NCBI GenBank assembly: GCA_965235115.1
Contig: OZ249439.1
Coordinates: 8,122,001 to 8,186,000, forward strand
Direction: 5' to 3'
From: Laetmonice hystrix
Taxonomy: Eukaryota
Length of the DNA stretch: 64,000 nt
Position numbers and translations under genes: made by a program. Below the pieces are notes generated by a model that did no database searches, was not told the origin of the DNA, and saw only the letters and a program-made list of their open reading frames with translations. Below, piece by piece: positions 32,031 to 44,939 of this stretch (positions are counted from its first letter, which is position 1; every line of letters starts with the position of its first letter).

Positions 32031-35000
32031 ATTAACCGTCTTTCGTATGTCAGTTCTTCAATTAACCAGGGGGAATCACTCTCCTAATATATGGAGTAGA
32101 AGAGAAGTAATTGGATTTTTAATTAAGTGGAAGGTGTTGACATTGCGCAGGCTGTATCGGTAATCAGGAGGTGTAGGTAACGCGTCAATAGGGGCCGCTG
32201 GTGGAGCATTTCTCCCTTCGACACGTCGTCAATGTAACACAACCCAGCACGCCTTGGCTGGGGTGGAGGTGGGCGGGGGGCACTCACCGCACACAGCCAT
32301 ACACCTACCTGACTTCAAGCCGAAAGTGCACTCACCAAGGCACCCACTGGCTTTCCTCACAGCAAGATCGTTCCCAACACGTCCAAGTTTTCTTCCAATC
32401 CAACATTTCATTACAAACAGATTTCGCGCACGTCTTTGAATGTCCTTCGTTTAGTATTTTATTTATGTATTTACATATCTTTCTTCTGAGCTCAAAACCC
32501 CAGATACCGTATATTCCCTCCTAGTAATTGTACCATCTTTAGGGCCTCCCCGGTAACGCTTAAAGGGGCAGGGGGGTATAAAAAGGACGGAACAGCCATA
32601 AACTCAGCAGGGGTGCTAATGATTCCGCTGCAATTTCGTAAAATATCTCCAATAGCCAAGAGACAAGTAACTCAATCTCCCACATTTCGCATCTCTCTTG
32701 TGCAAAAGCAATCAAAGAATCATTTGTGTGAAAATGGAAGCAAAAACTCCCATTCTAGTAACTGCTACCGGAATGTTTTTTCATAACTTTCTTCAGTTAG
32801 ATTTGAATGTTTTAGCTGGTCCGGCTCGCCCCATGCACCCCACCCTGGTAGGGTTACGTGGCCTGGAAGTGGTGACCACACCGCACCCTTGAAAACTATC
32901 TTAAGTGGCTCTGCACATAACGAATCCTGCCTCTTTAACTGTTTAAACCAACAGGCTGATATTGTCCAAATCGAAACATGAATTCCAATACGCGACTTTT
33001 ATAAGAGCTGCGAATTTAATGAGAAAATTTACGGCTGCTCTGGTAGCCTGGAACACATTCAGTAGGCAGACAACACTACAACCTATTGATTTGAACCATT
33101 ATCATCTCCTAATTGCCAACTTCGCCGCTGAACAAGCAAAAATGTTGGCAAGTTGAACAAACCAGTTTGGCGTGTGGGAAATGTCATAACTGGGGCCTGT
33201 ACTTGGCGTGTAGAACATGTCTCTGGCAGATAAACTTTCCATCGAACGTGATTTGTCCATGACGACCAAGACCCTGACATTTGTTTGCGGGAGTACCGGT
33301 CGTCGCATGTCGTCAGTGATGGATTGAGTACAGGCAGGTTGGGAGGTTTCTATTTGATGTATGTTCCTGCTACAGGCGTCGTGTGGTAACCGTCGTGTGG
33401 TAACCGTCTGCAGGTGCCTCCCATACACCAGGTATTAGGATCTTATCATTCGTACTGCCTGTACAGTTTACTAAAAAATTACATTGTCATAGGATAATAT
33501 TTATTGACACTCATTATCCAAGCCACTGCAAAACTGGAAAGCTTACTTTCGTATCGAGCAAGTCACAGTAAATCCATCCTTTCTTGCCCAGTCTTGTAGG
33601 ATATTCAAAGTTTTTCGGGCGGCTCCCTGACCAAAAACTGATTTTTCAATGAGTACACATTAGTACACACCCCCCCACCCACACACACCCCTACACACAC
33701 CCCCACACACATTAGTACACATTCTGTGCCCACTCCTGAATGCTGGTCTGGTTGTTATGTACACAGAGATTCCAGCTGAAAGTCACCTAGATCGACCAGT
33801 ATCATGAAATAAAAACCATGAGTCTCTCTCCACCTGATTGGAAACGACAATACATTCCTTATTATTATTTCATAGACGATCACTGTATTGGAAACAAGCC
33901 GGGCCCCACAGACCCTCCCCCAATACTTCCCACACGCCTGGGTGGTGAATATCTCGGACTGACCTCCTCGACCACCCTAACAGACAGTTGTACGTATTGA
34001 CAGGGGCAGTGAAGGTAGGAACTGATAACGGACAGTGAAATAATTCCTGTCTATGTCAATAAGACAAAGCCAAACGGCCCCGCCACCAGCGGACCCTGAC
34101 AATCACCCACCCAATCCCACATAACAATGCCTCAAGTCGACCTCAAGCCGTGTCGAAGTTCAATAATATTATATTGATGACTATCGAACCCTGAAAGGCA
34201 ATTACATGTTATCAAATGATGCTTTGATAGGGGTGGGAATTCTGGTCGACTTGCTATAAACCTACTGATCTACCGTGTACAAAAATCAACATCAATACCA
34301 CATAATCTCTTGATCACATATATTTACCCTACACCAACTCAAGGGTTTTTTTTTCTCCTATCACAGAGATATGTTATTTCTGCTACACTGGGTTTGACTG
34401 GGATAGCGCAGTAAAAACGATGAGTGATTCAACACTGCAAGTCCTTTTTATACGCAACATGATTCATCATAGAATATTCTAGGTAGAACGCCGGTAGGAA
34501 GTGTACGATGCAAGGGAAGATAGTCCCATTATAAAAACGCATGAAAAAGACCCTTACAATGCACTTAGTGACCTTCAGGTAATCCTTCACAGCCTAGTTC
34601 TATAAATAACCCATAAATCCCTCAACGTCAGCTATTTTTTCACAATGCTGACTGCCTATCGAAAGGCTCCACGACCTTACATTATATTTGAATAACTTTC
34701 GCCGCAAACTTTCCTTCTGCAAGTTCTATCAATGGATTTTCCGAATCGGAGATGAAGTTTTCCCGAACACTTAATCGATACAAGCCAATATCGAAATCAA
34801 TGCTGGATTCTCAATGAGCGAACGCTGCTTGAGGTTAGAAACTTATCTGAGAACCCATTCAACTGTTCTCTTGCACTCCTCTGATAGCACGAGACAAGAG
34901 GGAGCTACAAAAACTATTCCGACTACTGCTTTCTCCCACCGACTGGCGGCAAAGATTACAAGGGAAGAAACACGAGCATCAGCAACCCTCAGGGACGGGA

Positions 35001-36199
35001 TTTGTTTTATAGGATCTCCCACCGTCCCTGTTTGGGAAAATATTCTCTCAAATTATTGTTGAGAATTAAATCGCCTGGTATAGCGGGCACAACTTAATCT
35101 CTGGGTACGTCAAGCATACATGACATAGTTTCTTTTCTAGAGGTGCTGTCTTATTGCAGAAAATCAAGAATGAACATCTTTTGTCCAAAACTTTCCATGA
35201 GAAAATATTAAGGATGTTAAGTAATTACTAAAGTTTTAGAAGATTTCTGAATTCTGAAAGGTTAAAACGAGCCTGAGAGGATGACCTTGACCCTGGCTGG
35301 CATGTCTCGGTATCTAGTGATCACGTGATCTGACACAACCATATCGACATTCATATAAAAGCCACTCCTTGCAGTCAGCTGTAATAGATTTATTGACAAT
35401 GCAGCATATATATTTCACATACATCAGATGACTCCCTGAATCCCCAGACAAGGAGAACATTGGCCGAGTTCTGTGGGTACTGTGACTGGAGATCTGCTTC
35501 TATTCTCCACAGGAAGCCGTGGGGAATCCACCGCCAACCCTCTACATACACTGCAATCTCACCAAAACCCCTACTACACAATACAGGTCCAGTCCTTATC
35601 GCCGTCCATTGTGTCTGCCCACTGCTGCCCGCTTTGAGACGCTCCCTCGTTCCGATTTACGCCACCAGTTCTCCATGGCGAGGACACCCCAACACAGAGT
35701 CTGTTCAAATGGCAACACCATCTGTCTTCATCTTGGCTGCCGGCCTCACGGCTTCCTGAGCCGGGAGAGGGATGGACGTCCGGCCTCCGTCCTCCAGCTC
35801 CCGCCCCCTCACCGGCTCTTCTCACGCTCAGCAACCACTCTTCAACAGCCTATTCATTATCATTCATTACGCTCGCTTATTAAAACAGCATCGTACAATA
35901 TTGGTCGGGATTAACTATAGTAGGTGGGAATAACACTTGCAGGGCCTTAAATCAAGGCCGGGCTTCGCCGCGCCAAGAACATCAAGTGTGCTAGGATGAG
36001 TTATCGGCCCTGCCTTCTGGACTGAATCCACGGCTGTCCGCCTTCTCCATGGGCCTGGAGGAGTCTTCAAGATACCGTGGTCATCCAACGTTACGTTCAT
36101 GTACTGGTGGTCAAACAAAGAGTGAACCTCACTGCACCATTAACTGTGGACCCACTACCTGCCCTTGTCTTCAACCTACCGTGAAATATCCGCTCCCTT

Positions 36200-36576
36200 C
36201 TACTACCTACCAGCGTAATAAAATACCGTAAACCCGACAGAAAAATCTACTACCTACCAGCGTAATAAAATACCGTAAACCCGACAGAAAATCTACCACC
36301 TGCCAGCGTAATATATAATACGGTAAACCCGACAGAAAAATCTACTACCTGCCAGCGTAATATAATACGGTAAACCCGACAGAAAAATCTACTACCTGCC
36401 AGCGTAATATAATACCGTAAACCCGACAGAAAAATCTACTACCTGCCAGCGTAATATAATACCGTAAACCCGACAGAAAAATCTACTACCTGCCAGCGTA
36501 ATATAATACCGTAAACCCGACAGAAAAATCTACTACCTACCAGCGTAATATAATACGGTAAACCCGACAGAAAATC
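36200..36576. repeat. 47-bp minisatellite (about 8 copies)
   Basis: ctacctgccagcgtaatataataccgtaaacccgacagaaaaatcta. Confidence 0.95.
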
Positions 36577-37009
36577 CACATATCATTCGCTAGACTTCTA
36601 CTAATCCGCTGATTGATCGTTCACAATAACTATAAAAACGTACAAATCATAGCGGCCGGGGAAAAATGTTCAGCATGATTACATACATAAATCTGCATCA
36701 CGAGACTGATTAGATTCTGATGGCAAGAAGCTCTAAGCATTTTTATCGCCGCCAATATCAGAAATCTATGGTTTCGTGTTGTTTTTGTTGGCAACTTCGA
36801 CCTCCTCTTGAAGTTTCTTATGTGTCCCTAGGCTGGGTGTAATAAATCAATGGTTTTTACTTGTAAATGAACCACCACCACCCCCTCCACTGGGTGTGGA
36901 GCCCTGTGTGTCCCTATATAAGTACATCCAGAGTACAGCAAGCGACGTCTAACAGATGTCTAACGTGGCAGCCAACGCCCAGTGAATCAATCCTTGTCAT
37001 CTGTGATTC

Positions 37010-37345
37010 TTCTCCAGTAAGACGCCCCTTCTCCAGTAAGAAACACCTCCAGTAAGAAACACCCCCAGTAAGAAGCTCCTTCTCCAGAAAGAAGCCCCTT
37101 CTCCAGTAAGAAGCCCCTTCTCCAGGAAGAAGCCCCTTCTCCAGGAAGAAGCTCCTCCAGGAAGAACCCTTTCTCCAGTAAGAAACCCCTTCTCCAGTAA
37201 GAAGCCCCTTCTCCAGTTGTGTAAGAACTCCATCTCCAGTAAGAAGCCCCTTCTCCAGTTGTGTAAGAACTCCATCTCCAGTAAGAAACCCCTTCTCCAG
37301 TAAGAAACCACTTCTCCAGTAAGAAGCCCCTTCTCCATTAAGAAC
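37010..37345. repeat. About 20-bp degenerate minisatellite
   Basis: ctccagtaagaagccccttct variants. Confidence 0.85.
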
Positions 37346-37743
37346 TCCCGTTTCCTGACATTAAAACGGGTCTCTTCAATCTTCATTAAAACCGGATTAA
37401 AATTACTTGAAACCACCGGAGGCATAGTAGACCACTCCATGCTGGCAGCCATTGTCCAATAATTACAGCAGTTAAAAAAAATCCAGTCGATTCCTAATAC
37501 CTGTGAGATCAGTAGCAATCGATTGCATCTCTGGTTCTGGCAGAGATCTTTAAAACCTTCTGAGACGTGAATTTAATCCGTGAAGGACTTTCTGCGAGTA
37601 GGAACAGGGATATGTATGCAAGCCCCTCTGATGTGGTCACGTGGGCAAGTGAGAAACTAGGTATCGACTGTAGCGCCCCTTGACTGAGCGCGGCGGAAAC
37701 GTGCTAAAGTAACGCTTGTCGTCCTTGGAAATGGGGGGAGCGG

Positions 37744-37960
37744 GACGCCAGTAGTCTATTGGGGTGTTGGTCAGAAAAAGTCAGTCGTCCTTGGCAGTGG
37801 TGGAAGAGAAACGCAAGTAGTCGCTGTGGGTGGTGGGGAGGAAACGCCAGTAGTCCTTGGGGGTGGTGGAACAGAAACGCCAGTAGTCCTTGGGGATGGT
37901 AGGAGAGAAACGCCAGTAGTCCTTGGGGATGGTGGGACAGAAACGCCAGTAGTCCTTGGG
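37744..37960. repeat. About 32-bp degenerate minisatellite
   Basis: gaaacgccagtagtccttggggatggtgg variants. Confidence 0.8.
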
Positions 37961-38028
37961 GTTACGGAGGATGCTGCAGAGTCAGGCCATCATTGACGTC
38001 TCACCTTCCATCTCCATATATTAGCTTA

Positions 38029-39750
38029 CCCCCTCCCCACCTCCCACCCCACACAGACAGCCTCAGCCTGGACGTCATGGCCACCCCGCCTCTCCACCCC
38101 ACACAGACAGCCTCAGTCTGTACGTCATGGCCTCCCCGCTCCGCACCCCACACAGACAGCCTCAGTCTGTACGTCATGGCCTCCCCGCTTCCCACCCCAC
38201 ACAGACAGCCTCAGTCTGTACGTCATGGCCACCCCGCCTCTCCACCCCACACAGACAGCCTCAGTCTGTACGTCATGGCCTCCCCGCTCCGCACCCCACA
38301 CAGACAGCCTCAGTCTGTACGTCATGGTCTCCCCACCTCCCCACCCCACACAGACAGCCTCAGTCTGTACGTCATGGCCTCCCCGCCTCCCCACCCCACA
38401 CAGACAGCCTCAGTCTGTACATCATGGTCTCCCCGCCTCCCCACCCCACACAGACAGCCTCAGTCTGTACGTCATGGCCTCCCCGCTTCCCACCCCACAC
38501 AGACAGCCTCAGTCTGTACGTCATGGCCACCCCGCTTCCCACCCCACACAGACAGCCTCAGCCTGTACGTCATGACCTCCCCACCCCACACAGACAGCCT
38601 CAGCCTGTACGTCATGACCTCCCCACCCCACACAGACAGCCTCAGCCTGTACGTCATGACCTCCCCACCCCACACAGACAGCCTCAGCCTGGACGTCATG
38701 GCCTCCCCGCTTCCCACCCCACACAGACAGCCTCAGTCTGTACGTCATGGCCACCCCGCTTCCCACCCCACACAGACAGCCTCAGTCTGTACGTCATGAC
38801 CTCCCCGCCCCACACAGACAGCCTCAGTCTGTACGTCATGGCTTACCCGCCCCACGCAGACAGCCTCAGTCTGTACGTCATGGCCTCCCCGCCGCCCCAC
38901 CCCACACATACAGCCTCAGTCTGTACGTCATGGCCACCCCGCCTCCCCACCCCACACAGACAGCCTCAGTCTGTACGTCATGGCTTACCCGCCCCACGCA
39001 GACAGCCTCAGTCTGTACGTCATGGCCTCCCCGCCGCCCCACCCCACACATACAGCCTCAGTCTGTACGTCATGGCCTCCCCGCTCCCCACCCCACACAT
39101 ACAGCCTCAGTCTGTACGTCATGGCCACCCCGCCGCCCCACCCCACACAGACAGCCTCAGCCTGGACGTCATGGCCTCCCCACCTCCCCACCCCACGCAG
39201 ACAACCTCAGTCTGTACGTCATGGCCACCCCGCCTCCGCACCCCACACATACAGCCTCAGTCTGTACGTCATGGCCACCCCGCCGCCCCACCCCACACAG
39301 ACAGCCTCAGCCTGGACGTCATGGCCTCCCCACCTCCCCACCCCACACAGACAGCCTCAGTCTGTACGTCATGGCCACCCCGCCGCCCCACCCCACACAG
39401 ACAGCCTCAGTCTGTACGCCATGGCCTTCCCACCTCCCCACCCCACACAGACAGCCTCAGCCTGTACGTCATGGCCTCCCCACCTCCCCACCCCACACAG
39501 ACAGCCTCAGTCTGTACGTCATGGCCTCCCCACCTCCCCACCCCACACAGACAGCCTCAGCCTGGACATCATGACCTCCCCGCTTCCCATCCCACACAGA
39601 CAGCCTCAGTCTGTACGTCATGGTCTCCCCACCTCCCCACCCCACACAGACAGCCTCAGTCTGTACGTCATGGCCTCCCCACCTCCCCACCCCACACAGA
39701 CAGCCTCAGTCTGTACGTCATGGCCTCCCCACCTCCCACCCCACATAGAC
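38029..39750. repeat. 50-bp C-rich minisatellite with 39-bp deletion variants
   Basis: ccccacacagacagcctcagtctgtacgtcatggcctccccacctcccca. Confidence 0.95.
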
Positions 39751-39924
39751 GGTAGGATGGCGACACTGTCGGCAGGATGGCGACACTGTCGGCAGGATGG
39801 CGACACTGTCGGCAGGATGGTGACACTGTCGGCAGGATGGTGACACTGTCGGCAGGATGGCGACACTGTCGGCAGATGGCGACACTGTCGGCAGATGGCG
39901 ACACTGTCGGCAGGATGGCGACAC
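39751..39924. repeat. 20-bp minisatellite directly abutting the 50-bp array
   Basis: ggcaggatggcgacactgtc, about 8-9 copies. Confidence 0.92.
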
Positions 39925-40004
39925 AGTGAATCAATACCTGCGTCATTTCATCTGTTTCACTGTATAACTGCCTCCACCGCAACAGATCCTTCTGTTTAGT
40001 GGAA

Positions 40005-40200
40005 AACACATATTCTGATCCTTAACATTTCTCCCTGTATTGGTGAAATACCTAATCTGATCCTTAACATTTCTCCCTGTACTGGTTAAATACCTAATCT
40101 GATCCTTAACATTTCTCCCTGTACTGGTGAAATACCAAATCTGATCCTTAACATTTCTCCGTGTACTGGTGAAATACCTAATCTTATCCTACATTTCTCC
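40005..40200. repeat. 42-bp minisatellite (about 4.5 copies)
   Basis: aaatacctaatctgatccttaacatttctccctgtactggtg. Confidence 0.9.
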
Positions 40201-40234
40201 GAGTATTGTTGCAGTGCCCTGGGTGATGCCTTAC

Positions 40235-40460
40235 ATGTCCAAGCTGTCCCCACGCCCAGCGCTGTGACAGCACAGCAGGACAGACGTGTATCAGTAGAAC
40301 GGCCTTGGTGTTCGTTGATTGGCTGAGACATGTCGTGGTCTGAAACCTCCTGATCAATATCTGTGTACTTAGTGCCGTGTGCCAACTGTCGTATGAACAC
40401 CTCTTGGAATACGTGCATGGGTGAGCCTCATACTTCACCAGTGATCTCCTTGCAAAGGTA
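40235..40460 (-). CDS. Candidate internal exon of host gene (226 nt)
   Basis: GTAAGG donor; only one frame is open across the whole exon (TFARRSLVKYEAHP...WGQLGH) and it is phase-compatible with the upstream candidates; acceptor is weak. Confidence 0.25.
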
Positions 40461-40923
40461 CTGATGTACGACAGTCTCTGTCAGCGCACCTGTTGGTTTT
40501 CCTTTAACAAACCTGCTAACTGGGAAATACAATCTACCTGTTTTGTTTTTTGGCTGTTGAAATGCCTACTTTTTAACGCCCGTTTTGTAATGTTTCCATA
40601 TATGAATATTAATAAGTCTCATTTTAGATACAGATCAAATGTATATTTTTTGTGTTTGCTTGCATAATTCAAGGATGATGTTAGCAACGTAACAAAATAG
40701 AGAGCCCCCCTCCCTCCCCACCCACCCCCCTAAGCAACAACTCGACGATTCACAGGGCTGCTGCTTTAATAGCATTCAATTTCCGCATTTGTATTCTGGA
40801 TCACTGGGGAGAACCTTTCGTTTGTAAATTTACAGGCACAAGTATTCACGCCGTAAAAAGTGTCTCTTCTCCTATTTTTCTCAGGTGACGTTTTAGCATG
40901 ACGGGTGTTAGCTTCTAGATTAC

Positions 40924-41145
40924 CTTGCCATGACACAATGGTGTGCGCGTTCAGTGACGCCACCTTTAGGTGTGAGACAGGAAGACGCCAGAGTTCTCCC
41001 GTCATCCATCACTCCATGGCGGACCCTCACGACACCAACTTCCTTCCTCCAGGGCGGAGGACGCCGGCGGTCACCACCAACCCTGGAGGACGCCGTGATG
41101 TTGCCGGAACCCCCTGACACCGCCCCTCCTGTGTCCGTGCCAATC
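40924..41145 (-). CDS. Candidate internal exon of host gene (222 nt)
   Basis: AAG|GTAATC donor; single open frame IGTDTGG...HHCVMA, phase 2 at both ends, matching the donor at 43336. Confidence 0.3.
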
Positions 41146-43336
41146 CTGCCCAATGCGGTCAGATTATCAGATTAAGACGCCCTCTGCCGGCTGACCCTGG
41201 AATAACAACCACCCAGCTCCAGCGGCTGCTAGGTGCTAATGGCACGACACGAGGAGGCTGTTATTGCTCTTCTCCCCCCCCCTTATTTTTTCTCTTCAGC
41301 CCCCCCCCCTTATTTTTTCTCTTCTCCTCACCGTTTCTCTTTTCTGGCGTCCAGAATATAGAAAACGATGGTGGTGCGTAGGTCGACCTGCCCCTTCATC
41401 CGTCAAACTTGGCCTTCATAAACTCTTTCATCTGGTATTGTTAGCAACTGGTTGGCATTAACCGCCATCTCACAGAAAGTAGTTTGACATAAGAAAACAC
41501 CTCCTTCTCCTGTGATCACCCAGGTATGCCAGCCAAGCTGCACACGCTCTCTGTGGTGTAAAGCTTCACCTTTATCTTTTTAACGATTTTGAATAATTCA
41601 CATAATTCAAGGATGCTGAGAAGATTTGTAGAACAAATAGTCCCTACTTTTTCGGGCGGGAATTAAGGCAATGTATAGGCTGTTAAAACTCTCACAATTG
41701 CAAATTTGTGAAATATTAAGAGAGGTGGTAGCATTTCGACATGTTTACGGTAAGCACCCGACGGTACGGCCACATGCAGTGTACAGTCAGTCGGTGTGTT
41801 CGGGCGGGAGGAAGGCAGGTATGCTAACCTTAGATTACCGGGGGAAACAGCCTCAAAATGTTGGAAACATGACAAAATATAATACTCAAGGTGAAGGTTT
41901 GTACTGTGAGCTGGTGAAGACTTATGATAAAAACTCACAGTTACCAGTAGCATCTGATAATTCTACTCCCCTTCCGACATGTTAAATCAACCTTACTCTA
42001 TGTCTATATTTATGGAGGGATCGGCCATAGTCCAATCAGTTTTTGTTAGACACTGTCAGATACCGACACCGGTCCAACAACAGACCTGGCCGGCATCCAT
42101 GGACCGAGCCCCGGGGAGGATGAGTGCTTCCCTGACGGTCTATACTCCCATACCGTGAGAACGCCTCATTGTGTTAAACACACTCAGGTAAACGGTTCTA
42201 TCCGTACACAAAGACGGAGGAAGCACCGTGTGAAAACCCTCTCAATGCCAGGAGAACAATGACAGCCTTCTCAACCGACTAATGGTTGTTAAAATACAAA
42301 GGGACATGTTGGTGGCTGTTTTAGAAACGTGATGAATCAATGTGTACTAAAACAGTCAAGTCTCCAGTGTATCCAAGGATCTTGGTACAGAGCATGGCTC
42401 CAGAGTCTCACAATATGGAAATATCAAAAACCTGTAGCAATGTTGTTATATAGATGAGCCCCATAAAATAGAAAATAATATGAAGTAAGCTTTATCTAGA
42501 AAATGTACTCTCAGATTGTGCGATTGTTGGCATTACCTCGCTGTGTGAACCAACCGCAGCGAGTTGATGTATTCTCCCATGACAAAACCTTAAAGGGCAT
42601 GGTAAAGTCTTCCTCAGAATGAATGATTTATGGACGCTAATTTGTTGGACCGTAATGCTGAATGTATAAACCGCCTCCATGTATAAGGCGCTAATAAATT
42701 TCAGCGCTAAATCCTATTTTGAGGTTGGTACTGATCCAATGCAGAACAAGGGCCACATCCGCAGCCTACCACTTTGGAACCTTAGCCCATGTTGAGGATG
42801 CCGCAGCCCACCGCCCCTGTCAAAGTTACAGCAGCTGAGCTAGCAAATCTTGCCAACTTACCACGCCTACGCTCTATTTTAGTAAAACAATCTATTCTGG
42901 TCCGTGTAAAATAATGAAGGTGATGGACATTCAGCCAACTGGCCATGAAACATGATTCTGGCTTATTGCCGTATATAAAGTGACTAGATTTGCGGAGTTT
43001 CCTAACAAAGAGTGACGGTTAATACACAATTAAGGGGTATTTCTGAATACTTCTGACCACCTCCAGGATGGAAACATTGTCCGTTCGAGACACAATGACC
43101 CAGGAAAGGTACACAAGGTTTCTTGCAGCCATTTGGGGGGGGGGGGGCGCCAGAAAGCGATTACTCCCTCAAAAAAGTTCCGTAAAAGCCTACCCTAAGG
43201 CACCCCCCCCCCCCCCTCTCGTTCTCAAGAAAAAGGTGACATCTTACAAGAAACCCTGGTAAAGGTCTCAAAACGACACTATTACTGTAGACTGCACCAA
43301 TAAAGACACCACAGTTGTAACACCAAGGACACATAC

Positions 43337-44417
43337 CTGAATGGGTGTGAATGTGAACATTTCGCCACGGTCTCGAAGACTTTCAAGTAGATGGTTGGAT
43401 CTGCGCATGGTGATAGAGGTGACAACATATACGGCATGGCCCGGTCCGCCGCCAGCCTGGGGGCGTTGTCTAACAGGGGGCCTCCCAAACCACCCGTCCA
43501 GGGAGAGCTAGAGGAGGGGGCTGGACCGTGGGGCCAGTGGCTGCCCCAGCTGACCTCTGATCTCTGGGTGTCTAGAGTCTCCAGTCCCGACTCGTCATGG
43601 GCCGGGAGGCGTGTGGAAAGTTTGCCAGGATTTGTCTGGTAAGGTTTGTCCGGCGAGTCCAGCGCCATGTTGGTGTGGATTAAACACTGGGATGGGGAGT
43701 CCTGGGATGGTGTGGGGGACGAGGGGGAATCCGCTGGGGCCCTACCTGTACCAGCGGTGGTAGTTGTGGTAGGGGTGGGTGTTGGAGTGTAGAAGGCTGG
43801 ACCACACGTGGTAGGGGAGGGCCAGACGTGGTGCCATGGCAGGACGTTCTCAACCTCCTCCTGCTCCTGTTCCCCAGGTGGGGACGGGTCGGGAGGGCGG
43901 GGGGTCGGTGGGGTGGACGGCCGGGACGGTGCCCCGCTCCGGCTGTGACACTGGTTAACCTGTCTGTTCCATATGGTTACAGGTGAGGTGGGAGATAGGA
44001 GGTCACTGAAGGGCAGGTTTCTGTTTGGGTCCTCCATCACTGAGCCGCGCTTGTGTTGATGTTGGTCGGCCTGGATCACCTGGCTGTGTTGACAGTTGGT
44101 GAGGACACGTGCCATGCCCGAGAGTGACGCCCAGGTGTAGGGAGTAGCGGGAGATTTCTCACTCCGACTCCGCACGTGGTCCCGAGTCCAGCGGCCACTG
44201 CCATCCGTGTCTGTGAGTCCGCCGAGGATACTGAGATCAGCTGAGGTGTTCCCGCCTATAATGCTACCACTCCCGGTCCTGTGACTGGCCCGGCCTGGTC
44301 CTCCTCCACCTCCCGGCGGGTGGTGATAGTGACCGCCGGCGCTGTCCGATCCAGGCCCCATGACGAGCCCAGTGACAGCCAACCACCCAGCCCGCCCACC
44401 GTCAGCTGTGGGTGGGT
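43337..44417 (-). CDS. Large exon of an unidentified host gene (about 360 aa, P/S/T-rich, ending DPTIYLKVFETVAKCSHSHPF)
   Basis: Longest non-repeat, non-retroelement open frame in the window; donor TTCAG|GTATGT at 43336; candidate acceptor ctcatactgacAG at 44418-44419. Protein not recognised. Confidence 0.6.
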
Positions 44418-44939
44418 CTGTCAGTATGAGATAGTCTCACTAGTCCTGTGCCATGACGCCTGACAGCCAGGTACACGCGCCACCAACACGACAGCCACCA
44501 GCGTTCTGCGACTGGCTGCCCGGCGCTGCCTACATGCCACCCTCCCCGCCAGAGGTACTAACCGTACAAGTGGCGCCACCAGCGGTAGTCGCTGGCACCA
44601 AACACCAGCCCCTCTCCATCTCCCAACTGGCTTGTCAACATCAAGGAACAACAGCGTCTCCCTGAAACTCCCCAACCCCCAGCCACCTTCCTCTAGGTCT
44701 CCCCCAGCTGAATCTACAAACCACAGAGGGCAGCAAACACAGCTCCCACATCGAACCAATACTTGGCTCCCACACTCCCGCCACGAGAAGCCTCCCCGAC
44801 TTTGGATCCACGTCAACGGCCTGTCCTCGCCAGATGTGCTGACCCAGCGCCCATACTGGCCGTTAATTGCTGTTTGCATCTTGTCACGTGCGCCGCGTGT
44901 CTTCAAAAGTCGCAGCCTCATCCACACACTATTGCTGTC

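Noticed and set aside
37993-39843. Long P/H/T-rich ORFs (268-542 aa)
   Set aside because: Translations of the stop-free strand of the 50-bp array; overlapping in all frames.
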